Shown piece after piece: positions 18,415 to 28,307 of a stretch of DNA of 64,000 bases. Both the position numbers and the translations under genes were made by a program. Each line of letters begins with the position of its first letter. The stretch's first letter is position 1. The notes under the pieces were generated by a model. It saw nothing but the letters and a program-made list of their open reading frames with translations. It did no database searches and had not been told where the DNA came from. The stretch covers positions 64,001 through 128,000 of the forward strand of contig JAXMNT010000015.1 of NCBI GenBank assembly GCA_034670305.1. Reading direction: 5' to 3'. This DNA is from Deltaproteobacteria bacterium. GTDB taxonomy: Bacteria; Myxococcota_A; Polyangia; Polyangiales; Houyiibacteriaceae.

Positions 18415-19320
18415 ATGGACGACAGAGTGGCGCTGATCACAGGAGGCGCGTCGGGCATCGGCGCGGCGCTCGGCCGGGCGCTCGCGGCGCAGGGCACGAT
18501 GGTGGTGCTCGCAGACCGGCAAGCGGTCGGTGCAACGGAAGTCGCGGAGTCGATCCGAAGGCAGGGCGGCCGCGCGCGGGGCGTGGCCCTCGACGTGCGC
18601 GACCGAGACATGTTCCGCGAGATCGCGGAGCACACCCAGCGCCGAGAGGGACGCATCGATCTCTTCTTCAACAACGCAGGCATCGGCATCGGCGGCGAGA
18701 TCGCGGACTACGACCGAGCGGCGTGGGACGACGTGCTGGACGTGAACGTGCGCGGCGTGGCGTACGGCATCGACGCCGTCTTTCCGATCATGCGTGCCCA
18801 GCGCTCGGGCCACATCGTCAACACCGCGTCGATGGCGGGCCTCATCGGGATGGGCAGCATGGGGAGCTACACCGCGAGCAAACACGCCGTCGTCGGGCTC
18901 TCGAAGGCGCTGCGCATCGAAGGCCGCCGACATGGCGTGCGCGTCTCCGCGCTCTGTCCTGGCGTCATCCGAACGCCCATTCTTCACGGCGGCGAATATG
19001 GCGGACACGTCGGTCGGCGCCTCACCCGCACCAACATGGAGCGGCTGGTGAACCGGCTGCGGCCGATGGAGCCGGACCGCTTCGCGCAGCTCGTGCTCGA
19101 GGACGTGGAGAAGAACGAACCGTTCATCATCGTGCCGCGGTTCTGGAAGGCCGCGTGGTTGCTCGACCGGCTCGCCCCTCGACTCACGGCCCGCTTGTGG
19201 GATCGCTTGTACAGCGTGGCGCTCGCGGAGCTCGACGCCCAAGAACGGAGCGCGCCGAAGACCGTCGACTCCAAGGAGACGACGAAGGCGACGGTGCCGG
19301 GCGTCCGCGTCGGGCGCTGA
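18415..19320 (+). CDS. Short-chain dehydrogenase/reductase
   Basis: ITGGASGIG, NNAG, YTASK; AGGAGG SD. Confidence 0.95.
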   Translation: MDDRVALITGGASGIGAALGRALAAQGTMVVLADRQAVGATEVAESIRRQGGRARGVALDVRDRDMFREIAEHTQRREGRIDLFFNNAGIGIGGEIADYDRAAWDDVLDVNVRGVAYGIDAVFPIMRAQRSGHIVNTASMAGLIGMGSMGSYTASKHAVVGLSKALRIEGRRHGVRVSALCPGVIRTPILHGGEYGGHVGRRLTRTNMERLVNRLRPMEPDRFAQLVLEDVEKNEPFIIVPRFWKAAWLLDRLAPRLTARLWDRLYSVALAELDAQERSAPKTVDSKETTKATVPGVRVGR

Positions 19321-19393
19321 GCGGTCCCTTCCGGTCGGCCCCAAGGACGCCACCGTTCCGATCCGCGCTGGGCGCTGAGCCCGGCTTGGGCGA

Positions 19394-20617
19394 CTACTTC
19401 GCAGGCTTCTTCGAGGTGCGCTGAAACGGATACAAGAGCTGGCCGAAGAACGTGCGGGGCAGCCGCTTGAGGGTGCCGTAGTGTTTCGGCCAGTGGCCGT
19501 CCGGCAGGTGGTACGAACGGAACATCATGTCGAGCACCGGCAGGTGCGCCGCATAGTTCGTGTCGATGGCCGGCTTGTCCTTGCTGTGATGCCAGTGGTG
19601 AAACTGCGGCGTCACCATCAGGTACCGCAGGGGTCCGAAGTTCCAGCTGAGGTTCGAGTGAATGAGCACCGCTTGGAACGCGACGATCACCACATAGATG
19701 TTGAGCGCCTCGCGGTCGGGGCCGAGCAGGTAGAGCGGCACGAAGACGAGCGAGCGGTCGAAGAGGGTCTGCACCACGTGGGTGCGTGACCCCGCGAGCC
19801 AGTCGATGTGTTCCGCGGAGTGATGCACCGCGTGCAGTCCCCAGAGCCACGGGATCTCGTGGTAGGCGCGGTGCACCCAGTACTGCACGAAGTCCGCGCA
19901 GAACACGAGCAAGAGCACCTGGGCCGGCAGCCACAGTCCGGAGACGAACCGCTGCACGTCGTCGTTGGTGGCCCACCCGAACACGCTCGGCGCGAACCCG
20001 TTCGCGATGATCAGCAGCACGCCGATGAGCAGGTGGTTGACCGCGAAGTAGCCGAGATCGAGCTGCCACTCCGGCCGGAGGATCGGCTGCTCCGGGTACT
20101 TGGGCCACATCTTCTCGAGGAAGATGAAGATGATCGTCGACTTGAGCAGATCGAGCACCATCCAGTCCACGCCGATGCCCGGCCCGACTTGATGCACCGC
20201 ACCCACCGGCACGCGGTAGCCGCCGGCGAGGAACGCGCCGATCGTGAATGCGACGCCGATCGCACCAAGCGGACCACGTCCTCTGCGGCGGATGAAACTG
20301 AAGATGCCGGTACCGAGCGCGACGTACATCGACACCATCAGCACGTTGCGGAGCATCGGGACGTCGTAGACCTCGCGCAGCTCCCGCGTCGTGAAGATCT
20401 CCGGGTAGTGAAAACACATCACCCCGAGGAACGAACCGACCCCGAGGATGAAGGCGATGCCGCCCGTGATGCGCCCTTCGCCAGGCCGCAGCGCGTGCGC
20501 CGACAGATCGCCGACGTCACGCTCTCCATAGCGGTACGCCGCCGGAGAGTCGGCGACTGCCTGCGACTCGTCCGGTTCGGCCGGCGGCTCGGCCGGTGGT
20601 GGGTCGGGTTCGGACAC
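19394..20617 (-). CDS. Sterol desaturase / fatty-acid hydroxylase family protein
   Basis: His boxes HRAYH, HAVHH, HSN, HHWHH; GTG start approximate. Confidence 0.9.
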   Translation of the reverse strand: MSEPDPPPAEPPAEPDESQAVADSPAAYRYGERDVGDLSAHALRPGEGRITGGIAFILGVGSFLGVMCFHYPEIFTTRELREVYDVPMLRNVLMVSMYVALGTGIFSFIRRRGRGPLGAIGVAFTIGAFLAGGYRVPVGAVHQVGPGIGVDWMVLDLLKSTIIFIFLEKMWPKYPEQPILRPEWQLDLGYFAVNHLLIGVLLIIANGFAPSVFGWATNDDVQRFVSGLWLPAQVLLLVFCADFVQYWVHRAYHEIPWLWGLHAVHHSAEHIDWLAGSRTHVVQTLFDRSLVFVPLYLLGPDREALNIYVVIVAFQAVLIHSNLSWNFGPLRYLMVTPQFHHWHHSKDKPAIDTNYAAHLPVLDMMFRSYHLPDGHWPKHYGTLKRLPRTFFGQLLYPFQRTSKKPAK

Positions 20618-20987
20618 GGCCGGGAATCTACCAGCTCGGGCGGCCGCGATCGCAAACTTGCAGGCCAGAGGTTGACGCCCGAGCCGCGCGTGCGCAGTGG
20701 TGGCGCCTTCCCCGGAGCCACTTATGGACAGCGACGCAATGCCCACGAACCGCCCGACGATCCAGCCACCGATCGTCTTCTCGTGCCTACGCTCGACCCG
20801 CTGTCTCACTCCTTGGAAGGACCCGGGTTCGGCATGGAAGCCGTGCGGATCTGACCCCAGTGTTTCCCTGCGTCGCCAGTAGCGACGCCCACTGGAGAAC
20901 GCGCTCCCCGCGCACTCAGACCCCCTCGCTCCACGCACCGTGAGCCGCGAGCACGCTTGAACCCGGACGCTGGGTTCGAGCCTCCGC

Positions 20988-22523
20988 TTGCCATCGGCGC
21001 CCTCTTCCGCGCGGAGAGGCCGCGCCCGCGTACGTCCCTTCGTGGTCGACGTCGCACCCGCCCCCGATCCCGCCTCCTCGTCTTCTGGTGCCGCCGTGAA
21101 CCCCTCGAGTTCCGAACCCTCCGAACCCTTCGAATCCGAACCTTCCAGTTCCCTTTCCTCTTCTCGCTCCGAACCCTCCGCTCCTGATCCCCTGGAGTCC
21201 GCCCGCGCCATACGCGGGGAGCTCTTGCGATTGAGCTGGCCCATCGCCGTCTCGATGATCTCGTACGCGGTGATGACGCTCGCCGACACCCTCTTCGTCG
21301 GGCGCCTCGGCTCCGCCGCCCTCGCCGGCGTCGGCCTCGGCGGCGTGGTCTGTTTCACCCTGCTGTGTTTCCCCTTCGGCTTGATGCGGGGCGCCAAAGT
21401 CCTCATCTCCCAAGCCGTCGGCGCCGCCGACACCGACGCCGTGCCTCGGCACGCGCGCGCCGCGCTCGGCGTCGCGATCGCGCTCGGCTTCTTGGTCGCA
21501 GGCCTCGCCTGGTGTGGTGCCGACCTGCTTCGCTGGGTCGCGGCCACCCCAGAGAGCGGCGCGGCCGCCGCCAACTACGCCGCCATCCGCTGCAGCGCCG
21601 GCCCCTTCGTGCTCGCGTACGTCGCGATGCGCGAGAGCCGATACGGCATCGGCGACTCCCGCTCGCCCATGGTGTCTGCCGTGCTCGGCAACATCGCCAA
21701 CGTCGCGCTCGACGCCCTCTTCATCGTGGGCTTCGACTGGGGCGTCGAAGGCGCCGCGCTCGCCACGTGCATCGCGCACGTGCTCGAAGCCGGATTGCTC
21801 GCCGGCATCGTCCGACGGACTGCGCCCGAGACACTCGGCATCTCGTTCCGTCGCGACGACCTGCGCGCGCTCTGGGACATGGGCATGCCGACCGGCGTGC
21901 AGTTCTTCCTCGAGGTCGGCTCCTTCACTGTCCTCGCGGGACTGCTCGCGTCGATGGCGGAGCTCGAGATGGCCGCGCACCAAATCGCGCTGCAGGTGAT
22001 GCACTTCACCTTCTTGCCGAACGTCGCGGTCAGCGAAGGCGCCTCCGTCCTCGCCGGTCAAGCTGTCGGCGCGCGTCGATTCGAACGGGTGCCACGGGTG
22101 GCGCGCGAGTCCCTCGCCATCGCCCTCGGCTACGCCGTCTTCTGCACGTTCGTGCTGGTCTTCTTCGGAAGCCACATCGCGCGCGGCTTCACCGACGAAC
22201 CGGATCTGATCCGTGCCGTCGAACAGCTGCTCTGGGTCGGCGCCGTCTTCCAGCTCGCCGACGCCGCCAACGTCATCGCCCGCGGCGTCCTGCGCGGCAC
22301 CGGCGACGTGCGGTACGCCGCCGTCCTCGGCATCGCCACCGCCTGGCTCTGCACCCCGCCGCTCACCTGGCTCCTCGGCTACGAACTCGGCCTCGGCGCC
22401 CTCGGCGGCTGGCTCGGCCTCTGCGCCGAAATCATGGTCGGCGCCGCCCTCCTCTGGCTCCGCCTCCGCTCCGGCGCCTGGAGAAACACCGCACCCCGAG
22501 TCCTCGTCCCCGCCACGGCGTGA
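20988..22523 (+). CDS. MATE family efflux transporter
   Basis: [40 protein letters not shown]; true start may be downstream (about 21042-21096). Confidence 0.93.
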   Translation: MPSAPSSARRGRARVRPFVVDVAPAPDPASSSSGAAVNPSSSEPSEPFESEPSSSLSSSRSEPSAPDPLESARAIRGELLRLSWPIAVSMISYAVMTLADTLFVGRLGSAALAGVGLGGVVCFTLLCFPFGLMRGAKVLISQAVGAADTDAVPRHARAALGVAIALGFLVAGLAWCGADLLRWVAATPESGAAAANYAAIRCSAGPFVLAYVAMRESRYGIGDSRSPMVSAVLGNIANVALDALFIVGFDWGVEGAALATCIAHVLEAGLLAGIVRRTAPETLGISFRRDDLRALWDMGMPTGVQFFLEVGSFTVLAGLLASMAELEMAAHQIALQVMHFTFLPNVAVSEGASVLAGQAVGARRFERVPRVARESLAIALGYAVFCTFVLVFFGSHIARGFTDEPDLIRAVEQLLWVGAVFQLADAANVIARGVLRGTGDVRYAAVLGIATAWLCTPPLTWLLGYELGLGALGGWLGLCAEIMVGAALLWLRLRSGAWRNTAPRVLVPATA

Positions 22524-22534
22524 GCGGGCGGGGG

Positions 22535-22757
22535 GTCGGCTTCGGGGTCGGAGTCGGCTTCGGCTTCGGCGTCGGCGTCGGCGTCGGATTCGGCGTCGGC
22601 TTCGGCGTCGGCGTCGGCGTCGGCTTCGGCTTCGGCGTCGGCGTCGGCGTCGGCTTCGGCTTCGGCGTCGGCTTCGGCGTCGGCTTCGGCTTCGGCTTCG
22701 GAATCGGCTTCAAGTTCGGCGTCGGATTCAGCTTCGGAATCGGAGTCGGAGTCGGAT
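22535..22757. repeat. Mosaic hexamer array (TCGGCT/TCGGCG/TCGGAN)
   Basis: About 37 tandem units directly after the MATE stop and directly before the RHS remnant. Confidence 0.95.
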
Positions 22758-22760
22758 CCG

Positions 22761-23897
22761 GATGGATCGCAGATCCATCACGGCGACCACCTCGGGTCCA
22801 CCGAGGTCGTCACCGCAAACGGGCTCGTTGTCTCGCGCTTCTCGTACGACGCCTGGGGCGCGCGCCGGGACTTGCCGTCGACGTACGACAACGCCAACGG
22901 CGGGTTCGACCACGGGTTCACCGGGCACGAACACGACGACGAGTGGGGCGTCATCAACATGCGGGGGCGGCTCTACGACCCCGCAATGCGCCGCATGCTC
23001 TCGCCCGACCCAGTGGTGGTCGATCCCTACGCGAGCCAGGCCTACAACCGCTACGCCTATGTCCTCAACGACCCGCTCAACCTGACCGACCCCACCGGGT
23101 TCACGCCGGAGGGCGGCTCCTGCCACGACTGCAGCTTCAGCAAGGCGGAGGGAAGTTTCGTCTACGGCGATCCATCCGGGGGCGCGTCAGGCGGACAGGG
23201 GAGAGAGACCGATCCCGCCATGGCGGGCGTGCAAGCGGACATCGCCGCGGGCCGACTGCCGAGCCAAATGGAGCTCGCCCACGACGGCGCCGGGAGGCTC
23301 GGCCGAGCCATGGAGGGCATCAACATGGGCCCCACCGGACCCGGCGGCTTGTCGAGATGGACCATGTCACCTGGGAGCTCTCTCGGGGCACTGGTCGTAC
23401 TCGGGGACACGCAAGGCCGGGTCGAGAACTGGGAGACGCTGACGGATGATTCGGCGTCCGGCGGCGACCGGGCTGGTGCGCTGGGCTGGGAAGTACTGGC
23501 TGCTCTCCCTGGCGTCGGTGTGGTTCTTGGTGCGACCGCCAGGGGGGCCAGACTGCTGGTCGGGCTGAAGAACATCGCAACGCGTGTAGTTGCGGAGGGT
23601 GGGCGCCTGGGAAGCAGGGCTGCGAGACTTGCCCAGTTCTTGCGAACAGTTCGGCTGCGGCGGCATTCGGAGCATGACCTGGGAGTGAGCTTTCGGGCAG
23701 CCGACAACACACGATTCGATATCGGCCGCCTGCCGGACAAGGCGACACTGCCACCATCTGTTCGGAGTCGATACGCGCCGCACTACCATCGGCGGCGCCT
23801 TGACCCCGACGGTGGCACCCAACATGGCCAGGGAATTAGCCGGCACCGCCCCTGGGAAACGCGCCCCTCGGACAACAACTTCTGGGATAGGTTTTGA
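22761..23897 (+). pseudogene. Orphan, 5'-truncated RHS core + C-terminal toxin domain
   Basis: In-frame [13 protein letters not shown]...YDAWG upstream of the called TTG (22872); GFTGHEHD, MRGRLYDP, NRYAYVLNDPLNLTDPTG; C-terminal PHYHRR...GQGISRHRPWE; no start codon before the core. Confidence 0.85.
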
Positions 23898-23901
23898 GTT
23901 C

Positions 23902-24216
23902 ATGAGGGACATCTCTGCATCGCTCCGAGACCGGCTCGTCCGGGCTCTCCAAGAAACGCTGCGAACGGACGTCAGCATTTTCACAACGCTTGAGGCCACC
24001 AAGGCGGAGCATCAAGAGCTAATCAAATGCGGCTTCTATCTATTGATTGACGGCGCAGACACACTTGGCTTCCTGCTGGAGCACGGCGAAAGCGAAAGTG
24101 GTGGGGTCACCGTCCGCGAAGCCCGCGCGGAGCTCGCGCGACTCACCGAACGAGTTGCGGCAGGGGAATCCGAGTTGGGTTCCACGATCCTACGGCAGCT
24201 GATCGACGGTAAATAG
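23902..24216 (+). CDS. Putative cognate immunity protein
   Basis: 104-aa ORF starting 4 nt after the RHS stop; lower GC and atypical codons. Confidence 0.6.
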   Translation: MRDISASLRDRLVRALQETLRTDVSIFTTLEATKAEHQELIKCGFYLLIDGADTLGFLLEHGESESGGVTVREARAELARLTERVAAGESELGSTILRQLIDGK

Positions 24217-24218
24217 AC

Positions 24219-25355
24219 GTGAGCATGAGCCAACTCAAAGGACAGCCACCGATACATGGTGCTTGCCTGCTGGCGACCATTCTGACGGCATGCGCCGGGC
24301 TGGATGGCGCGTCCGAGGATGCTGCGCCTGACGGCAGTACCCCCGACGCCGGCGAGTGCGCCCTCTACGGCCTCGACGGCGACGGCGACGGGTTTGGGAC
24401 CGATCCGCTCTGTCTCTTCGCGCCGACCGAGACGCACCACGCGGAGACGCTGGGAGATTGCGACGACTCGGATGCACTCGTGGCGCCGGGGGCGGAGGAG
24501 CGGTGCAATGGGCGGGACGACGATTGCGACGACGCGGTCGACGAGTCGGAGGCGGTGGATTGTGTGGTGTTCTTTGCGGACGCCGATGGGGATGGGTACG
24601 GGGTCGCGGGGGACTCGAGCTGTCTTTGCGCGGCCACCGATCCGTATTCGGTGACGATGCCCGGGGACTGTGACGACGCGGACCCGGAGGCGTTTCCGAT
24701 GCGTCCGGAGGTGTGCGACGACGGGGTCGACAACGACTGCGATGGAGACACCGACGAGGGGCCGAGGCGGAGTCTGTTCGTGGACGCGGACGGGGATGGG
24801 TTCGGGGGCGCAGCGATCGAGGTGTGCGGCGACGCGGAGGGCGTGGTTGGGTTCGATGGGGACTGCGACGACGACAACGCGGCGGCGTCGCCCCGCGGGG
24901 TCGAGATCTGCAACGGAGTGGACGAAGACTGCGACGGGGTGGTCGACGAGGGACTCGATGCGCCGTGTGCGGCGTCGGACATGGACGACGACGGCGTCGT
25001 CGACGACCTCGACAACTGCCCGGCGGACTTCAACCCGTGGCAGGAGGATCTCGACGACGACGGGCTCGGCGACGCATGCGATCTCGACCGAGACGGCGAT
25101 GGCAGCACCAACGACGAAGACTGCGAACCGGACGACCGGCGGGTGCGTCCGGGCGGCTTCGAGTTCTGCAACGGCGTGGACGACAACTGCGACGAGTTGG
25201 TCGACGAGGGCTACGACGTTGGCGTCTCCTGCACGACGAGCGGGGTCGGCCTCTGCGCCCGAACCGGCGAGATGATCCCACCCAGCGGCCCGGTCGAAGC
25301 CCTGTCGCCCATTCGGGCTGCCTGGCTCCACCCCGGCCCCGCCAGCCGCCCGTAG
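24219..25355 (+). CDS. MopE-type putative metal-binding repeat lipoprotein with TSP3-like repeats (possibly C-terminally truncated)
   Basis: Lipobox ILTAC; repeats GDCDD...PGAxExCNGxDDDCDG; DDDGVVDDLDNCP...DLDDDGLGDACD. Confidence 0.85.
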   Translation: MSMSQLKGQPPIHGACLLATILTACAGLDGASEDAAPDGSTPDAGECALYGLDGDGDGFGTDPLCLFAPTETHHAETLGDCDDSDALVAPGAEERCNGRDDDCDDAVDESEAVDCVVFFADADGDGYGVAGDSSCLCAATDPYSVTMPGDCDDADPEAFPMRPEVCDDGVDNDCDGDTDEGPRRSLFVDADGDGFGGAAIEVCGDAEGVVGFDGDCDDDNAAASPRGVEICNGVDEDCDGVVDEGLDAPCAASDMDDDGVVDDLDNCPADFNPWQEDLDDDGLGDACDLDRDGDGSTNDEDCEPDDRRVRPGGFEFCNGVDDNCDELVDEGYDVGVSCTTSGVGLCARTGEMIPPSGPVEALSPIRAAWLHPGPASRP

Positions 25356-25415
25356 GGGATCGGGGATCGGGTTCGAGCCGAACCGGGTACGGCACAGGAA
25401 CCGCGCATCCTCTCT

Positions 25416-25506
25416 TTCGGATTCGGCGTCGCGGCGTCAGCTTCGGCTTCGGAGTCGGCTTCGGCTTCGGCTTCGGCTTCGGCTTCGGCTTCGGATTCGG
25501 ATTCAG
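25416..25506. repeat. Mosaic hexamer array (TCGGCT/TCGGAT)
   Basis: Tandem units between convergent genes. Confidence 0.9.
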
Positions 25507-25517
25507 AATCCCGGACC

Positions 25518-25554
25518 CGAGGGCAAGGGCAAGGGCACGGGCATGGGCAAGGGG
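25518..25554 (+). repeat. (GGGCAA)-type tract, G-quadruplex-like
   Basis: GGGCAAGGGCAAGGGCACGGGCATGGGCAAGGGG. Confidence 0.8.
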
Positions 25555-25576
25555 AGCTCACCCTGGCGGGTTCGCT

Positions 25577-27787
25577 CTAGGGCGTGGTGGACTGCTGCTG
25601 CTGCAATCGCTCGAAGCGTTCTTGCAGCCGCTGCCGTCGTTCCTCGTCGACCGCGTTCCGCTTGTGCGCTGCGTACGCGAAGCTGCCGGCGACGATCAGG
25701 ATGCCCATGAGCAGCGCGACGAACACGAGCGTCATGCCGACGTGAGAGCGGGGGCGTTTCGAGGCTTCGACGCCCTTCAGGATCCGCGCCGGCGTATCGT
25801 CCGTCACCCGCGGGACCCGCGGACGGGCCGGCGGCAGCGAGTCCGGGGAGAGGATCGGGGTCTGCACCACGGCCCGCTTGCTGGTGCGTGCGGGATCCAC
25901 GACGGGCGCGGGCGTGGGCGCAGCCGCTGGCGGGTGCCCCGCCCCGTGAGAATCGTCGAAGAGCGACACGGCCTGAAGCTGCAGCCCCGAGTCTTTTCTG
26001 GGACGCGGGAGACGCTTGATCGCTTCTTCGGGCACCGCGGCCCGCCGCCGCTCGCGCTCCATCGCTTCGAGGTCTTCGAGCGAGAGATCGTCGGCGCTCG
26101 CGATCGGTTTGGGCGGATGCAGGTCGGCCCCTGAATCCATCGCCTCGAGCTCGTCGAGTCCGATCTCCTGGGTGCCCTCTTTCGCCGCTTTGGCGGGCAC
26201 CGAAGGATCGAGCGGCACCTCGTCGTCGTCGTCTTCTTCGAGGTCCTCGAACGCGAGCTCTTGCGTACCGTCTTTCGCGGGCTTCGCCGGGACCGAAGGG
26301 TCGAGCGGAACCTCGTCGCTCCCCTCGATCGTGATGCCGAGCGCCGCGCGGACCAGCCGGGGGTCGAGGGCCTCCTCGGTCGAGTCCGGCGAGCCGTCCA
26401 AGATGTGCCCGCCCTCCTCATCGGATTCGACCCCGCCCATGTCGAGCGAGTGCGAGTCGCCGAGCAGCGGACCCGGGTCCGGCGTCTTCGCCATCGCGGC
26501 GCGCACGAGGCGGGGATCGAGGCCTTCGGCGGGCGGTGCGGACTTCTTGCGCTTCTTCTGCCGCTTGCCTTCGTCGAGGGCTGGGAACCGCCGGGTCTCC
26601 GAGTCTGGGGCCACCGCCGCTGCCGCCTTCGTGCGCGCGCGGGCCCGTGCCGCCGCGGCCAGGACTTCCGCTGCGGCGTCCTCATCCATCGCCGGCATCT
26701 TCTCGGTGTCCGCCGCGAGCGAGGGACCCATCACATCCGTGGACGCGCCCAGCAACCCACCGAGCCGAGGCGGCGCGATGGCGGATGGCGCCTCCATCTC
26801 CTTCGCGGTCGACTCACCGTCGAAGTCGGAGGTCGCGCCCCGGGCCGGGCGCTTGGCTTTGGCGTGTCGCACGTCCGTCTTGGCGTCGGGGTCCGGCGGC
26901 GCCGAGCTCCGCAGGGCGAACCGGCGCGCCTTCTTGAACGGCGCCGGTTCGAGTTCCGGCACCGCCAGACCGGCCTGTTTGGCCAGGCCCTCGAGCAGGG
27001 GTTCGAGCGAGGTCGCGCGCCGCCTGGGATCGGGATGGAGCAACGCCGCGAGCGCTGCGGTGAGCGCACCGAGCGGCCGAACGCTCGCGCCCGGATCGGG
27101 CGGTGGCTTGAGGGTAAGCGCCTCGTGCGCGACCGCGGCCACGCCGTATCGGTCGGCGCTGATCGAGCCCACGCCCCGAACCACCTCGGGTGCGTAACGG
27201 CGCCGCAGATCGCCATGGCGCTGCAGCACCGCGGCCACCACGCCGGGCGGAAGCGCCGGCACCAGAAACGCGCCCGTCATCTGAAGGCGCTCGGGGTCGA
27301 TCCAGACCGCGTCGGCGCGCACGTCGCCGTGACGCAGCGGCGGTGGGATCGCGGTGAGCGCGGCATCGAGGTGCGCGATGACGGGCAGGAGTTCTTCCGG
27401 GGTCAGTGGCGCGTCTTCATGGATGCGGCGGTCGAGCACGGAGCGGAAGGACACCCCCTCGGGCACCGGCTCGGTGGCGTACACCCACATGGAATCACGG
27501 TCGGCGTCGAGGAGCCCAGGCAGGTACTTGCCGCCCATGCCGACGCTGCGTCGAAGGTCGCGCACCACTTGTTTCCGGTCGGTGCTCTCGAGCAGCTCCG
27601 GGCGCACGATGCGCAGAAACACGCTTCCTTCGGTCTCTTGATCGAAGGCCAGAAATCCATAGGAGAACGGATCGTCGCGAAGCCGTCCGCGAACCTCGTA
27701 GCGTTCGCCCACGACCTGCCCTCGTTTGGGCCCGACGGCACCGCCGAGTGGCGTGCCCGTGACGGCGGTTTGATCCGAAGTGCTCAT
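25577..27787 (-). CDS. Membrane-anchored Ser/Thr kinase-like pseudokinase
   Basis: ERYEVRGRL, HGDV, YAPEV, ADRYGVA, DPRRR; Gly loop, VAIK lysine and DFG are absent; long acidic linker; C-terminal TM. Confidence 0.8.
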   Translation of the reverse strand: MSTSDQTAVTGTPLGGAVGPKRGQVVGERYEVRGRLRDDPFSYGFLAFDQETEGSVFLRIVRPELLESTDRKQVVRDLRRSVGMGGKYLPGLLDADRDSMWVYATEPVPEGVSFRSVLDRRIHEDAPLTPEELLPVIAHLDAALTAIPPPLRHGDVRADAVWIDPERLQMTGAFLVPALPPGVVAAVLQRHGDLRRRYAPEVVRGVGSISADRYGVAAVAHEALTLKPPPDPGASVRPLGALTAALAALLHPDPRRRATSLEPLLEGLAKQAGLAVPELEPAPFKKARRFALRSSAPPDPDAKTDVRHAKAKRPARGATSDFDGESTAKEMEAPSAIAPPRLGGLLGASTDVMGPSLAADTEKMPAMDEDAAAEVLAAAARARARTKAAAAVAPDSETRRFPALDEGKRQKKRKKSAPPAEGLDPRLVRAAMAKTPDPGPLLGDSHSLDMGGVESDEEGGHILDGSPDSTEEALDPRLVRAALGITIEGSDEVPLDPSVPAKPAKDGTQELAFEDLEEDDDDEVPLDPSVPAKAAKEGTQEIGLDELEAMDSGADLHPPKPIASADDLSLEDLEAMERERRRAAVPEEAIKRLPRPRKDSGLQLQAVSLFDDSHGAGHPPAAAPTPAPVVDPARTSKRAVVQTPILSPDSLPPARPRVPRVTDDTPARILKGVEASKRPRSHVGMTLVFVALLMGILIVAGSFAYAAHKRNAVDEERRQRLQERFERLQQQQSTTP

Positions 27788-27808
27788 CGAAGGTGTGGTC
27801 TCAGACTA

Positions 27809-28297
27809 TCAGGTCGACGCCGGACCCGAACCCGGTTTGCGCCCGGTGCCGGTGCTGCCAAACCCGCCTGCACCGCGTTCGGTGTCGCTCAAGTCGCTCA
27901 AGGACTCGACCTCGACCACGGTCAACTGGGGGGCCGGGGCCAGTACGATCTGCGCGATGCGCATGCCTGCCTCGACCACGAAAGGTTCGGTGCCGTGGTT
28001 GACGAGCAACACCTTCACCTCGCCGCGGTAGTCCGCGTCGATGGTGCCAGGCGCATTGAGCACCGTGACCGCGTGTCGGAACGCGAGCCCGGACCGGGGC
28101 CGGACCTGCGCCTCCCAGCCGGGCGGGATCTCGAAGGCCAGCCCGGTCGGGACCGCTGCCCATGCGCCCGGACCGAGCACCATGGACGCGTCGAGCGCCG
28201 CAGAGACATCCATCCCTGCGGCGCCCGCCGATTCATACTTGGGCAGGACCGCGTCGTCTCGCAGCCGAAGGATTCGGAGCTGAACCGACGCGTCCAT
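27809..28297 (-). CDS. dut: dUTP diphosphatase
   Basis: [34 protein letters not shown]. Confidence 0.97.
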   Translation of the reverse strand: MDASVQLRILRLRDDAVLPKYESAGAAGMDVSAALDASMVLGPGAWAAVPTGLAFEIPPGWEAQVRPRSGLAFRHAVTVLNAPGTIDADYRGEVKVLLVNHGTEPFVVEAGMRIAQIVLAPAPQLTVVEVESLSDLSDTERGAGGFGSTGTGRKPGSGPAST

Positions 28298-28307
28298 GCC
28301 TATCTAC

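Noticed and set aside
20988-23897. MATE-RHS fusion by TGA readthrough (frame stays open through the (SA)n array)
   Set aside because: The array has no stops in that frame anyway and a frame match has a 1-in-3 chance; no SECIS-like element recognised; the fusion makes little biological sense.
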